64,000 nucleotides of DNA from an uncultured delta proteobacterium (GTDB lineage: Bacteria > Myxococcota > Myxococcia > Myxococcales > Myxococcaceae), in contig CAVZMH010000007.1 in assembly GCA_963776345.1 (NCBI GenBank), forward strand, positions 1-64,000. Direction: 5' to 3'. Of this stretch, positions 1 to 11,009 are shown in pieces. The number at the start of each line of letters is the position of its first letter. Within the stretch, counting starts at the first letter, position 1. The notes below the pieces were generated by a model that was given only the letters and a program-made list of their open reading frames with translations, did not search any database and was not told the DNA's origin. A program made the translations under genes and the position numbers.

Positions 1-2032
1 AGCTTCAGGTAGTTCTCGTACCGGGTCTGGATCTCCGAGACGTACCGGACGGGCTCGGTCCCCCGGACATAACCGTGACGCGCATGTGCGTAGTAGGCGG
101 GCTGCTGGAGCATGGAGCATCGCCCGCTCCACGTTCTTGAACCACTTGTCCGGATCCAGCGACCGTCGCCCGGGCGAGCTGCCGCGCGTCGGCGAGGTGC
201 CCCCAGCCCGCGTTGTACGCCGCGAGCGCGAAGCGCATCCGCTGCTGCACGGGGAGTGTCGCCTCCAGGCGGTCGGTGAGCCGGGCGAGGTGCTTGATGC
301 CGGCGTGCGCGCCCTCCTCGGGGTCCTCCAGCCGGGAGAAGCCGAGCTCCTTCGCCGTCCGCGGCAGCACCTGGAACAGCCCGATGGCCCCGGCCAGGCT
401 CTTCGCCAGCGGGTCGAACCGGCTCTCCTGGTACGCCTGGGCCGCGAGCAGCCGCCAGTCGAAGCCGTACTCCTGGGCGTACTTGCGGAACAGCCGGTCG
501 TAGGTCGAGAGGCCCTGCAGCGTCCCGGCGTCCTGGGCCCGCGCCTCGGTGACGACCCGCGCATCCTCGAAGTAGCGGCGCCACGAGAGGTTGTACTCCA
601 GGCCCTTGTAGGTCTGCCGCACGTAGCGGTCGAGCGCGGCCTTCAGCTCGTGGTCCTTCGGCCGGAGCGCGAAGGCCAGCTGCTTCTTCTCGCCCGGCTC
701 GAGCGGGAACGCCGCCACCACGTCCGTCCGCCACACCCGCTCGGCCTGGTAGATGTGCGAGTCGGCCACGGTGAGGTCCACCTCACCCGAGGCCACCCCG
801 GCGATGAGCTGCTCGGTCTCCTCGTCCGACCGGGCCAGCTCGACGGTGAAGGCCGCGCCCTTCGCCCGGAGCCGCTCCAGCGTCGCCTGGTAGCTCGAGC
901 CGGGCCGCACGCGGATGCGCCGCCCGCGCAGGTCGGCCACGGTCTTCAACAAAGGCTCGGAGGCGCGCTGGACCAGCAGCTCTTGCACCTCGAGGTACGG
1001 CACGCTGAACGCCACCTGCTTCCCGCGCTCGGGCGACACCGTGTAGGAGGCGGCGATGACGTCGCCCTTCCCCTGGAGCAGCCAGGGCACCAGGTCGGCG
1101 TGCGACGGCGGCACGACCATCTGCAGCCGCACGTCCAGCCCGTCGGCGAAGCGCTTCATGAGGTCGTGGTCGAACCCCGCCGCCTCGCCGCGGAGGAGGA
1201 AGTAGCTGACCGCGTTGTTGCGGGTCAGCACCCGGAGCACCCGGTGCTTCTTCACGTCCGCCAGGTCGCCCCCCCAGGTTCGGTCGGCGTGGGCCACCAG
1301 CGCCCGCTCCTGGAAGAAGAGATCGAGCGCCGCCTTCAGCTGCTTCGCCTCGGGATGCACCGCCCAGGCGATGGACCGCTTGCGGGCGATGGGAAAGAGC
1401 GCCACCACCCCCTTGTTCCAGGCGCGCTCGGCGTCCCAGACGTGGCTGTCCACCACCGCCAGCTCGTGCTCTCCGCGGTTCACCTGGCCGATCAGCTCGG
1501 ACTGCTGCCCCTGACCGAGCACTTGCTCGACCCGCAGCCCCGGCACCTCCAGCTTCGCCAGGCTGGCCACGAAGACCGAGCCAGTGAGGACGCTCACCGT
1601 GCGCCCGGCGAGGTCTGCCGGCGCCCGCGGCGGCTTCTTCATCCCCTTCCGTCCGATGACCAGCTCGTCGACGATGAAGATCGGGTCGGTGAAGGCGACG
1701 CGGGCCGCGCGCTCGGGGGTGATGGTCAGCCCGGTGGCCGCGACGTCCCCGCGTCCGGCGAGCAGGTCGTCGAGGATGTCGTGCTGCCGCTCGACATAGA
1801 CCGTCTCCAGCTTCAGCCCCTGCCGGCGCGCGAAGTCCTCGGCCAGGTCGCGGTCCAGCGCGCCCGGCGTGCCGTCGCGGGAGATGGGTGCCTCGTCCTC
1901 GTCGCCGATGACCAGCACCCGCAGCGTCCCGCGGGCCCGGACATCCGGGAGGTCGGGAACGGGCGCCGCCATCCCCGGCAAGGGGAGGAGCACGGCGGAG
2001 AGCAGCCCTGCGGTCCGTCGGACCCAGCCCAT
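1..2032 (-). CDS. mltF: Membrane-bound lytic murein transglycosylase F-like protein (two tandem SBP/PBPb domains + SLT domain); runs off the window edge; two apparent +1 frameshifts near 115 and 172
   Basis: Signal peptide, two repeats of a family-3 SBP pattern (RGTLRVL...GDVAATGLTITPER; RVLRVL...GDVIAASYTVSPER) and SLT motifs YQESRF, GLFQV and AAYNAG. Removing two extra bases restores LDPDKWFKNVERAM...HGYVRGTEPVRYV. Confidence 0.85.
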
Positions 2033-2150
2033 GGCGGGCCCGGGACGCTAGCCGCCGGACGCGCCGCTGGCGACGAGAACCGACGCCGCGCGCCCGATGG
2101 CGTGGAGCGTCAACCGAGCGCCGGGCCGCAAGCCCTCGACACCACGCCGG

Positions 2151-2751
2151 TCACTTGCGGCCGGGGCCGAAGAGCAGCCCGACGCCGAAGGAGAAGTACT
2201 GCTGAGCGGGCAGCCCGTGCCGCTCCCAGAAGTACTGCCACCGCCCGTCGAAGAAGAGCGCGGTGCCATCGTTCGCCCAGCCCGAAGGCGATGCCGACGT
2301 GCGGCTGGACGCCCCACTGCCAGTCGGACCGGGTGTACTCGGTCAGGCCGAGGTCGATGACCCGGTCGAAGTACGCCGCCCCGCCGTTGGCCCCGACCCA
2401 GATGCGGCTGGTGTGCCCGATCGGGATGTGGAAGGCGAACCCGCCCATCAGCGGGATGACGTTCAGGTAACGGAACTGCTTGCCCGAGACGTCCTGCCCG
2501 TCGGTGGTGGTGAGCACGCCCTGCTTCGCCGCGTTGAAGCTGTTGAGGCCGGCGGAGAGCTCGAGGTGGAAGGCGTAGGAGAGCTCGAACGACGCGTCGA
2601 GGTGGGCGCCGCGGCTGCTGAACCGGTCGATGTAGTCCTTGGTGGCGCCCTCGGGGACGGCGAACTCGTAGGAGAGGCGGACGTGGCTCTGGGCGAGCGC
2701 GGCGGAGGAGGCCAGGAGGGCGGCGAGGAGGAGGAGTCGAGGGGAGCGCAT
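2151..2751 (-). CDS. Outer-membrane beta-barrel protein (small porin/OmpW-like); one apparent +1 frameshift near 2275
   Basis: Signal peptide MRSPRLLLLAALLASSAALA followed by alternating amphipathic strands with aromatic residues. The corrected C-terminus is ALFFDGRWQYFW...QYFSFGVGLLFGPGRK-stop. Confidence 0.65.
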
Positions 2752-2759
2752 GGCGTGGC

Positions 2760-3389
2760 TCACAGGTACGGGGACTGGGCGAACGCCTGGTCGATGCCGT
2801 GCTCGATGCGCTGCACGAGCGACTCGGTGCTGGCGCCCAGGACGCCATCGACGGACGCGCTCCAGATCGCCGTCAGCTGCTTGGTGGAGGCGTTGGCCGA
2901 CCGGCGGTCCAGCATCTCGATGCGGAGCGAGCCGGCGTCGATGGTCGTGGCGTAGGCCGCCCCGTACACCCACGGGTAGTAGATCCCCCAGCTCCCGTCG
3001 TAGCCGCTGAAGCCGTCCCAGCCCGGCCAGTAGTCGTAGAACGGATAGGAGACGTACTCGACGTAGCGGGTCGCGGTGGCCGACACCAGCACGTCGACGT
3101 CGGGCGTGGTGGTCGCCGGGTCCACGCGCTGATAGCCCAGGGCATCCAGGTTCGAGGCCACGCGGGCCAGGATGCGCGCGTCGTAGGAGTGGTCGATGGT
3201 GAACGGCTGCCCGCCGCCCGCGGACACCTCGGTGATGGTGTCCGGCAGCGCGTACGTCCGGAGGGTCGCGAAGTCCGCCGACGGGTCGTGCTGGGTGGCG
3301 ACCGTGTCGAGGTCGGTCACCGTCTCGGCACCGCCCGGATAGCAGGCCGCCAGCGCCACCAGCGCCCCGGCCCATGCCACTCGCTTCAT
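2760..3389 (-). CDS. DUF4136-like lipoprotein
   Basis: Lipobox LAAC, ADFATLRTY motif, an aromatic/Gly-rich middle, GSLRIEMLD, and C-terminal GIDQAFAQSPYL. A GGAG-type SD precedes ATG 3389. Confidence 0.75.
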   Translation of the reverse strand: MKRVAWAGALVALAACYPGGAETVTDLDTVATQHDPSADFATLRTYALPDTITEVSAGGGQPFTIDHSYDARILARVASNLDALGYQRVDPATTTPDVDVLVSATATRYVEYVSYPFYDYWPGWDGFSGYDGSWGIYYPWVYGAAYATTIDAGSLRIEMLDRRSANASTKQLTAIWSASVDGVLGASTESLVQRIEHGIDQAFAQSPYL

Positions 3390-3591
3390 GGCCCCGTCCT
3401 CCCTCGTCCCCCAGGTTTCAACTGCCCCAGATCTGCACACTTGCAGCGGCGCCGTCCATCGGGCCGGTATGGGCCCGTTGGCGTACGCACGCAGCAGGAG
3501 CCACATAGACGGCCCCCGGGCCGCGCGCATTCATTCCTGACCCCGGCGACTTGCCGGTCCCCGGGAAAGCCTGGCATGAGGCCGCTCTCCA

Positions 3592-4485
3592 ATGGGTCTC
3601 CTCCGCGCCGTCGTCCTGGGCCTGGTCCAGGGCATCACCGAGTTCCTCCCCATCAGCTCGACCGCGCACCTGCGCATCGCGCCCGAGCTGTTCGGCTGGC
3701 AGGACCCCGGCGCGGCGTTCGACGCCATCATCCAGCTGGGGACGGTGGCCGCAGTGCTGGTGTACTTCCGCCGGGACATCGTCCAGATGCTGAGGTCCTG
3801 GGTGGACGGGCTGCAGCGCCGGGAACCGCTCGGCACCACCGAGTCGCGACTGGCCTGGTTCGTCCTGGTGGGCACGCTGCCGGTGGTGGTCCTCGGCTTC
3901 GTCTTCAAGCACGCCATCGAGACCAGCCTCCGGTCGCTGTACGTCATCGCCGGGTCGATGATCGTGCTCGCCCTCCTGCTCGCCGCGGCCGAGTGGACTG
4001 CACGCCATGCCCGTCGCCTCGAGGACATGACCTGGAAGGACGGCTGGGTCATCGGCTTCTGGCAGGCGCTGGCGCTCATCCCGGGGTCCAGCCGCTCGGG
4101 CACGACCCTGACCGGCGGGCTGTGGCGCGGGCTCCGGCGCGAGGACGCGGCCCGGTACTCGTTCCTGCTCTCCATCCCCGCGACCACCGCGGCGGGCCTC
4201 TTCGAGCTGCGGCACCTGCGGCACGCCTCCATCCCCTTCACCGTGACCGAGCTGGTGGTGGCAGGGGCGGTGGCCTTCGTCTCGGGGATGCTGGCCATCG
4301 GAGGGCTACTCCGCTACCTCCGCACCCGCACCACGCTGGTCTTCGTGGTGTACCGGCTCGCGCTCGGGGCGCTCTTGCTCGGCCTCCTCCACGCCGGGCG
4401 GATCCGCCCCGACGCGGGGCTCGAAGCGAGCGCGCCGGCCCCCGGGGCGGCCAGGGTCGCGGCCGGGGCGCGGGTGCATCCCTGA
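3592..4485 (+). CDS. uppP: Undecaprenyl-diphosphatase (BacA/UppP)
   Basis: Motifs LGLVQGITEFLPISSTAHL and ALALIPGSSRSGTT; multiple TM helices. Confidence 0.95.
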   Translation: MGLLRAVVLGLVQGITEFLPISSTAHLRIAPELFGWQDPGAAFDAIIQLGTVAAVLVYFRRDIVQMLRSWVDGLQRREPLGTTESRLAWFVLVGTLPVVVLGFVFKHAIETSLRSLYVIAGSMIVLALLLAAAEWTARHARRLEDMTWKDGWVIGFWQALALIPGSSRSGTTLTGGLWRGLRREDAARYSFLLSIPATTAAGLFELRHLRHASIPFTVTELVVAGAVAFVSGMLAIGGLLRYLRTRTTLVFVVYRLALGALLLGLLHAGRIRPDAGLEASAPAPGAARVAAGARVHP

Positions 4486-5084
4486 TGGACCCGCGGTTCG
4501 TCGAGCTCGCCGAGCAGCTGCAGCAGCGCCCGGGACGCCAGCTGCACCTCCCTGGCCTCGAGCTCCGCGACTCGGCGGTGCTGGCCCCGTTCGTCCTCCG
4601 GGGCGAGGAGCCGCGCCTGCTCTTCACCCTGCGCCCGGCGCACCTCCGGAGGCACGCCGGGCAGGTCTCCTTCCCCGGCGGGGCGCGCGACCCCGAGGAC
4701 CCCACCACGCTGCACACCGCGCTCCGCGAGCTGAACGAGGAGCTGGGCATCCCCGAGCGGGCGGTGGAGGTGCTCGGGATGCTGGACGAGATCCCCACCA
4801 CCTCGGAATTCCGGGTCGTTCCCTACGTGGGTCTCCTCGACCCCTCCGTGGAGCTCCGTCCCGACGCGGGGGAGATCGCCGAGCTGCTCGAGGTCCGGGT
4901 GTCGGATCTGCTTGTGCCCGGGCTCCGGCGGACCGAGAAACGCGTCTTCCGGGGAGCCGAGCACGACGTGTACTTCTACGACGTGGGCCGTCACACCATC
5001 TGGGGCGCCACCGCGCGCATCCTCTCCAACCTCCTGTCGGTGATCTCCCGGCTGCCGGCGTGGGGCCAGGCGAGGCCTGCATGA
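4485..5084 (+). CDS. NUDIX hydrolase, CoA pyrophosphatase family
   Basis: [18 protein letters not shown] + [11 protein letters not shown]udix box + IWGATA. TGATG overlap with uppP. Confidence 0.9.
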   Translation: MDPRFVELAEQLQQRPGRQLHLPGLELRDSAVLAPFVLRGEEPRLLFTLRPAHLRRHAGQVSFPGGARDPEDPTTLHTALRELNEELGIPERAVEVLGMLDEIPTTSEFRVVPYVGLLDPSVELRPDAGEIAELLEVRVSDLLVPGLRRTEKRVFRGAEHDVYFYDVGRHTIWGATARILSNLLSVISRLPAWGQARPA

Positions 5085-6148
5085 CGCTCTACCCGGTGGT
5101 GATGGCGGGCGGCTCGGGCACGCGCTTCTGGCCGCTCTCGCGGAAGGCGCGGCCCAAGCAGTTCCTCGCGCTCGCCACCGACCGGCCGCTGATCGTGGAG
5201 ACGGTGAACCGCCTCAAGGGGCTGGTCACGCCCGGGCACACCTACGTGGTCTGCGGGCCGGTGCACGCCCGCGCCGTGCGGCGGCTCCTGCCCCGTCTCC
5301 CGGCCTCGAACGTGCTGGTCGAGCCCATCGCCCGGAACACCGCCCCGGCCATCGGGCTGGCCACGCTTGCACGTCCAGGCCCGCGACCCGGACGGGGTGC
5401 TCGCGGTGCTTCCCTCGGACCACCACGTGGCGGACGTGCCCGGGTTCCAGGCGGTGCTCCGGCGCGCGGCCGCGGTCGCCCGGTCCGGCGCGCTGGTCAC
5501 CATCGGCATCAAGCCCACCCGGCCGGAGACCGGCTACGGCTACGTGCAGGTCGGCGAGCCGATCGACGGCGCCGCGGCCCGGGTGCGCGCCTTCGTCGAG
5601 AAGCCCGACGCGCCCACCGCCGCCCGGTACCTGGCCTCGGGCGACTACCTCTGGAACGGGGGCATCTTCGTCTTCACCGCCCGCGCCATGCGCGAGGCCA
5701 TCGACCGCCACCTGCCCGAGCTGGGTGCGGTGCTCGACCGGCTCGCGCCCACGGTGGGCACGGCCCGGTACGCCGCGGCGCTCGAAGAAGCACTTCCCCA
5801 CCGCGCCGTCGGTCTCGATCGACTACGGGGTGATGGAGAAGTCGCGGGACATCGCGGTGGTCCCGGGCGACTTCGGCTGGTCCGACGTGGGGAGCTTCGC
5901 CGCGCTGCCGGAGGTCCGTCCCGCGGACGCCGACGGGAACGTGGTGGTGGGGAAGGGCGCCAGTCCTGGTGGACTCGGCGGGGTGCGTGGTGGTGGGGTC
6001 GGGCCGGCCGCTCGGGCTGGTGGGCCTCAGGGACATGGTGGTGGTGGACGCAGGGGACGCGGTGCTGGTGGTGCCGCGGGACCGGAGCCAGGACGTCCGG
6101 GCGGTGGTGCAGGCGCTCAAGGCCCGGGCCTTCGGCAAGTTCGAGTGA
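5081..6148 (+). CDS. manC: Mannose-1-phosphate guanylyltransferase; three apparent +1 frameshifts (about 5367, 5784, 5960)
   Basis: [60 protein letters not shown] and GWSDVGSF are spread over successive frames. Three +1 insertions restore a single reading frame. Confidence 0.9.
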
Positions 6149-6162
6149 GGCGAGGCGAGAGG

Positions 6163-7530
6163 ATGAACGCGCACATTTTCCGCGAGTACGACATCCGCGG
6201 TCTGGTGGACCAGGACCTGACCGAGGAGGTGGTGGAGCTCCTGGGCAAGGGCCTGGGGACGGTCGTCCGCCGCAAGGGCGGAACCAGCATCGCGGTGGGC
6301 CGCGACTGCCGCGAATCCAGCACCCGGTTCCGCGATCGGCTGGTGGCGGGCATCACCTCCACCGGGCTCGACGTGCTCGACGTGGGCGTGGTGCCGACGC
6401 CGCTGACCTACTTCGCCGCCAACACCCTCCCGGTCGACGGGCTGGCGATGATCACAGGAAGTCACAACCCGCCCGAGTACAACGGCTTCAAGGTCGGCCA
6501 CGGGAAGACCACGCTCCACGGGCACGAGATCCAGGCGCTCCGCCAGCTGATCGAGGCCCGCGACTTCGAGGTGGGCCGCCCCGGCCGGGCCACGCCCTTC
6601 GACATCGTCACCCCGTACGACCACTTCATCCGGCAGACCATCCGCGTCGGCCGCAAGGGGATGCGCATCGTCATCGACGCGGGGAACGGCACCGGCGGCG
6701 AGGTGGCGGTCCCGCTGTTCCGGAGCATGGGCTTCGACGTGGTGCCCCTCTTCTGCGAGATGGACGCCCGCTTCCCCAACCACCACCCCGACCCGACGAT
6801 GCTGGAGAACCTCCAGGACCTCATCGCCGCGGTGAAGAAGGAGAAGGCCGAGGTGGGGATCGCCTACGACGGCGACGCGGACCGGATCGGGGTCATCGAC
6901 GACCAGGGCAAGGTGCTCTGGGGCGACCAGCTGATGATCCTCTTCTCCCGCTCGGTCCTGGCCGAGGCTCCCGGCGCGGCCATCGTGGGCGAGGTGAAGT
7001 GCTCGTCCACGCTCTACGACGACATCGCTGCCCGGGGCGGCACCCCGGTGATGTGGAAGGCGGGGCACAGCCTGATCAAGGCCAAGATGAAGGAGATCCA
7101 CGCCCAGCTCGCCGGGGAGATGAGCGGGCACATCTTCTTCAAGCACCGCTACTTCGGCTTCGACGACGCGGTGTACAGCTCGGCGCGTTTGCTGGAAATC
7201 CTCACCCACGAGAAGCGGCCGCTGTCCGCGCTCCTCGCCGACGTGCCGCGGACGTACGCCAGCCCGGAGATCCGCTTCGACGTGCCGGAGGAGAAGAAGT
7301 TCGCCATGGTGCGCCGGGCGACCGAGGTGCTGCGGGCCGCGGGGCACTCCATCATCGACGTGGACGGCGTGCGGGTGACCTTCGCCGATGGCTGGGGGCT
7401 CATCCGGGCCAGCAACACCCAGCCGCTGCTGGTCCTGCGCTTCGAGGCCAAGACCGAGGGGAGGCTCCGGGAGATCCAGTCGCTGATCGAGAACACGGTG
7501 CGTCAGGTGCAGCGCGAGGTCGGCGGCTGA
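6163..7530 (+). CDS. algC: Phosphomannomutase/phosphoglucomutase
   Basis: IFREYDIRG, catalytic TGSHNP, metal loop DGDADR, GEMSGH and RASNT. Confidence 0.93.
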   Translation: MNAHIFREYDIRGLVDQDLTEEVVELLGKGLGTVVRRKGGTSIAVGRDCRESSTRFRDRLVAGITSTGLDVLDVGVVPTPLTYFAANTLPVDGLAMITGSHNPPEYNGFKVGHGKTTLHGHEIQALRQLIEARDFEVGRPGRATPFDIVTPYDHFIRQTIRVGRKGMRIVIDAGNGTGGEVAVPLFRSMGFDVVPLFCEMDARFPNHHPDPTMLENLQDLIAAVKKEKAEVGIAYDGDADRIGVIDDQGKVLWGDQLMILFSRSVLAEAPGAAIVGEVKCSSTLYDDIAARGGTPVMWKAGHSLIKAKMKEIHAQLAGEMSGHIFFKHRYFGFDDAVYSSARLLEILTHEKRPLSALLADVPRTYASPEIRFDVPEEKKFAMVRRATEVLRAAGHSIIDVDGVRVTFADGWGLIRASNTQPLLVLRFEAKTEGRLREIQSLIENTVRQVQREVGG

Positions 7531-7556
7531 AACTGCGGCCGGAACCGGTCGTGCGC

Positions 7557-7562
7557 TAGACT
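7557..7562 (+). promoter_or_regulatory. Putative -10 element (TAGACT) 6 nt before the purE ATG (leaderless-type)
   Basis: TANNNT hexamer directly upstream of the start codon, with no SD between. Confidence 0.4.
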
Positions 7563-7568
7563 CTGCGG

Positions 7569-8063
7569 ATGGCAGACGCCTCGCCAGCCCTGGTGGGCAT
7601 CATCATGGGGAGCTCCTCGGACTGGTCCACCCTGGCCCCCGCGGCCGAGGTGCTGGCCGAGCTCGCCATCCCCTTCGAGGCCCGGGTGGTGAGCGCGCAC
7701 CGCACGCCCGACTGGATGTTCGAGTACGCGTCGACCGCCGAGGCGCGCGGGCTCCGGGCGATCATCGCCGGCGCGGGCGGGGCCGCCCACCTCCCGGGCA
7801 TGGTGGCGGCCAAGACCCTGGTCCCGGTGCTCGGCGTGCCCGTGCCGGCCACCGTGCTCCAGGGCGTGGACGCGCTGCTGTCCATCGTGCAGATGCCCAA
7901 GGGCGTCCCGGTGGGCACGCTGGCCATCGGCAAGCCGGGCGCGGCGAACGCGGCGCTGCTCGCGGCGGAGATCGTGGGCCTGGAGAAGCCCGAGGTGCGC
8001 GAGCGGCTCCGGGCCTGGCGCGCGGCGCGGACCCGCGAGGCGCTGGAGAGCACGCTCCCGTGA
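7569..8063 (+). CDS. purE: N5-carboxyaminoimidazole ribonucleotide mutase
   Basis: [28 protein letters not shown] and [11 protein letters not shown]. Confidence 0.97.
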   Translation: MADASPALVGIIMGSSSDWSTLAPAAEVLAELAIPFEARVVSAHRTPDWMFEYASTAEARGLRAIIAGAGGAAHLPGMVAAKTLVPVLGVPVPATVLQGVDALLSIVQMPKGVPVGTLAIGKPGAANAALLAAEIVGLEKPEVRERLRAWRAARTREALESTLP

Positions 8064-9205
8064 GCATCATCCTCCCCGGGGCGACCATCGGGATCCTCGG
8101 CGGCGGCCAGCTGGGCCGGATGACCGCCATGGCCGCGCGGTCGCTCGGGTACCACCTGGCGACGCTGGACCCGGACCCCTCGTGCGCGGCGCGGTTCGTG
8201 GTGGAGACCTGCATCACCGCGGGGTTCGACGACGTGCAGGCCGCGCGCGAGCTGGCCACCCGGTGCAACGTGGCGACCGTGGAGATCGAGAAGGTCTCTA
8301 TCGACGCCATGAAGGCCGTACAGGAGATCGTCCCGATGCGCCCCGGCCCGGGTGTCCTCTACGTGGTGCAGGATCGGGCGCGGCAGAAGGACTGGATCGC
8401 CGAGCGTGGGTTCCCGGTGGGCCCGTACCGGAAGGCGGCCACCGAGGACGAGCTCCGGGAGGCGGCGCGGGCCCTGGGCGGACGCTGCTACGTCAAGGTG
8501 ACTCACGGCGGGTACGACGGGCGCGGGCAGGACATCCTCTCCGGGCCGGACGACGCGGCCCGCGTCTGGGCGCTCCTGGGGGGGGTGCCGGTGGTGGTGG
8601 AGAAGGCGCTGGATCTCGACTCCGAGCTGAGCGTGCTGGTGGCCCGCCGCCCCTCGGGTGAGGCGCGCACCTACGCGCCGGCGCTGAACCACCACATCAA
8701 GGGCATCCTGGAGTGGAGCGTGCTCCCGGGCCCGTTCCCTCATCCGGTCGCCAACCAGGCGGAGTCGATCGCCCGCGACATCGCCGCGGCCCTCGGCGTC
8801 GAGGGGCTGCTGGTGGCGGAGTTCTTCCTCACCCGTGCCGGCGAGCTGTACGTGAACGAGCTCGCGCCGCGGCCGCACAACACCTTCCACACCACCGAGG
8901 TGGCCTGCGCGACCAGCCAGTTCGAGCAGCACACGCGCTCGGTGTGCGACCTGCCGCTGGGGTCGACCGAGCTGCTGCGGCCGGCGGCCATCGTCAACCT
9001 GCTCGGGGACCTGTGGGCGGGCGACTCTCCGCCGCCGTTCGACCGGGCGCTGGAGATTTCGGGGGTGCAGCTGCACCTCTACGGGAAGCGCGTGGCCCGG
9101 CCGGGGCGGAAGATGGGCCACCTCTCCGCCATCGGCGGGACCCCCGAGGAGGCGCTGCAGAAGGTCCAGGAGGCCCGCACCCGGCTGAGCGGGCCGCCGG
9201 GCTGA
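8060..9205 (+). CDS. purK: N5-carboxyaminoimidazole ribonucleotide synthase
   Basis: [34 protein letters not shown] and HLYGK...RKMGH. GTGA overlap with purE. Confidence 0.96.
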   Translation: MSIILPGATIGILGGGQLGRMTAMAARSLGYHLATLDPDPSCAARFVVETCITAGFDDVQAARELATRCNVATVEIEKVSIDAMKAVQEIVPMRPGPGVLYVVQDRARQKDWIAERGFPVGPYRKAATEDELREAARALGGRCYVKVTHGGYDGRGQDILSGPDDAARVWALLGGVPVVVEKALDLDSELSVLVARRPSGEARTYAPALNHHIKGILEWSVLPGPFPHPVANQAESIARDIAAALGVEGLLVAEFFLTRAGELYVNELAPRPHNTFHTTEVACATSQFEQHTRSVCDLPLGSTELLRPAAIVNLLGDLWAGDSPPPFDRALEISGVQLHLYGKRVARPGRKMGHLSAIGGTPEEALQKVQEARTRLSGPPG

Positions 9206-9224
9206 GGAGACCGGCCCGGGCTCC

Positions 9225-9456
9225 CTAGTCGCCGAGCAGGTCGCGGACGAAGGCCATCGCCCGTTCCCGGCAGAGCAGCGGGTCGGCGAGGCTCCCGGCC
9301 ACCCGGCGGAGCCACGGGTCGGTGGGTCGCGTCGCCTCGAGGGACTCGGCCCAGGCGATCAGCTCCTCGAGGGAGCAGCGCCCGTCGCGGTACAGCACGA
9401 GCTTCCGTCGCGCCTCGCTTCCTGCATCACGCTCCGGAGGGTGGCTCGCGCTGCAT
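9225..9456 (-). CDS. Small hypothetical protein (about 76 aa) missed by the ORF track; needs one +1 correction near 9441
   Basis: The frame RKLVLYRDGRCSLEELIAWAESLE...RERAMAFVRDLLGD-stop has strong GC3 codon bias. ATG 9456 comes into frame if one C is removed. Confidence 0.45.
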
Positions 9457-9473
9457 TCCGGGGAGAGGTGTGG

Positions 9474-10244
9474 TCACCGCCGGCCCGGGACGTCAAGGGC
9501 TCTCGAGCCCGACCCGCGCCGAGGTCGGGCGCCCCCCGTCGGTGAAGGCGAGCGAGGGCCCGGAGCACCCGGCGTGGTCCTGCGCGCACGCCCCCCGGGG
9601 CGTCGTCGACCGGTGGAGGTCTCGGCGGCACGGTCCCGGTTTCGGAGAATCTCCTCGAGCCTGTTCGCGGCGATCGTCCTCAGCCGTGGCGAGCGGATTC
9701 GCTTCAGCCACCCGCGGGTCGTCTCGACCCGGAAGCTCGCCGGGAGCTCGAGCTCGGGCAGAGCGGCGAAGAGCCGGGTGCGGGTGGGCGTCAGGTAGAG
9801 GTAGTCCGCGAGCGCCTTCTCGGGCGAGGCGAGCTTGAGCCCGGACCTGGGCGGGGTCATCCAGCCCCCGAAGAGCTCCGGGGGGAGGTGGTGAAAGCTG
9901 AATGCGCCGAAGGGCGTCTCCAGTCGCCGGTCCCGGCCCAGGGTGACGGCGTAGATGATGGAGGGGATCTGGGAGATCATCCCGTGTCGATAGAGCGCGG
10001 TCTGGAGCGAGACGTAGCTCGGATACGGCGCGGTCAGGGACTCGGTGACCAGCAGCGGGTCCAGGTCGCGGTCGAAGGCCCAGAGCCCCTTGCGCACCGG
10101 GACCATCAGCCCCACCCGGGCGAGGCGACGGAGCGTCTTGCTCGCCGCGGGGACCGAGAGCTTGAGCACGGCCGCCGCATCGGCGGTGGTGACCAGGGGG
10201 ACGTCCAGCTCCCTCAGCCTGGACAGCGCCTCGCTGGCGTTCAT
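9474..10244 (-). CDS. abiEi: Type IV TA antitoxin, AbiEi family (N-terminal wHTH + AbiEi C-terminal domain) with a low-complexity basic tail
   Basis: wHTH pattern TTADAAAVL...LRRLARVGLMVPVRKGLW, plus SYVSLQTALYRHGMISQIP and ASPEKALADYLY. ATGA overlap with the upstream toxin. Confidence 0.8.
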   Translation of the reverse strand: MNASEALSRLRELDVPLVTTADAAAVLKLSVPAASKTLRRLARVGLMVPVRKGLWAFDRDLDPLLVTESLTAPYPSYVSLQTALYRHGMISQIPSIIYAVTLGRDRRLETPFGAFSFHHLPPELFGGWMTPPRSGLKLASPEKALADYLYLTPTRTRLFAALPELELPASFRVETTRGWLKRIRSPRLRTIAANRLEEILRNRDRAAETSTGRRRPGGRARRTTPGAPGPRSPSPTGGARPRRGSGSRALDVPGRR

Positions 10245-11002
10245 CGGAGCCCCACCTCCAGGGTCGAGACGACCGACGCCTGGAGCGCCTCCCACGCCCC
10301 CGGCGTGCGGTAGGCCTCCAGCGCCGCCGGAGCGAGGTAGGCGACCACCTGGGCCTTGAACTCGTCGTACGAGACCTCCATCGCCCGCTCGATGGCCCTC
10401 GGGAGCTCGGCCCGGACCGGGCCGAGAGCCGCGCCGACCTCGGCTCCTCCGGAGAAGAGCACCGCCAGGTCGAACACGTCTCGCGCCTGGACCGCGAAGC
10501 GACCCACCAGCGCGCCGATCTTCTGCTGGATCGCCTCGGCCCGTGGGTAGTGCGGGGCCAGCATCGGCATCAGCTGGTACTCCGCGAGGATGTCGCGGTG
10601 CACCGCCTCCACCCGGGCGTTCCCCGCGGTCCGCCGCCGGGAGAACTCCACCTTGGTGTGGAGGGGGAGCCCCCGGCCCTCGACCGTCAGCTCGATCTTC
10701 CAGCGCTGGGTGGTGTCGGTCTGCTTTGGAGCGCTGAACGTCGTCACCTCGATGCCCCTGCTGGCCAGCGACAGGCGCAGCGGGGCCCCTCCGAGGAGCC
10801 GGTCGATCTTCGCGCGCAGCACCTGGGTCGAGATCCCGAAGGCGTCGAGATCCATGTCCTCTGAATAGCGGACGCTCCCGAAGAAGAACCGCAGGTTGCA
10901 GCCCCCCTTGAGTGCCACCCGCTCCTTGTCCGGCCCGGTGGCGAGGATCCGGAGGAGGTGGAGGTGGAACAGCTCGATGGCCTGTCTGTCGGTGGGCACC
11001 AT
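10241..11002 (-). CDS. abiEii: Type IV TA toxin, AbiEii/AbiGii nucleotidyltransferase
   Basis: LKGGCNLRFFFGSVRYSEDMDLD (GG...RxSxDxD), KVEFS, KIGAL and RDVFDL. Confidence 0.88.
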   Translation of the reverse strand: MVPTDRQAIELFHLHLLRILATGPDKERVALKGGCNLRFFFGSVRYSEDMDLDAFGISTQVLRAKIDRLLGGAPLRLSLASRGIEVTTFSAPKQTDTTQRWKIELTVEGRGLPLHTKVEFSRRRTAGNARVEAVHRDILAEYQLMPMLAPHYPRAEAIQQKIGALVGRFAVQARDVFDLAVLFSGGAEVGAALGPVRAELPRAIERAMEVSYDEFKAQVVAYLAPAALEAYRTPGAWEALQASVVSTLEVGLR

Positions 11003-11009
11003 GGCCGGT

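Noticed and set aside
5081..6148. manC as a genuine pseudogene or programmed-frameshift gene
   Set aside because: All motifs are intact, there are no slippery heptamers, and the same +1 error pattern recurs across the window.
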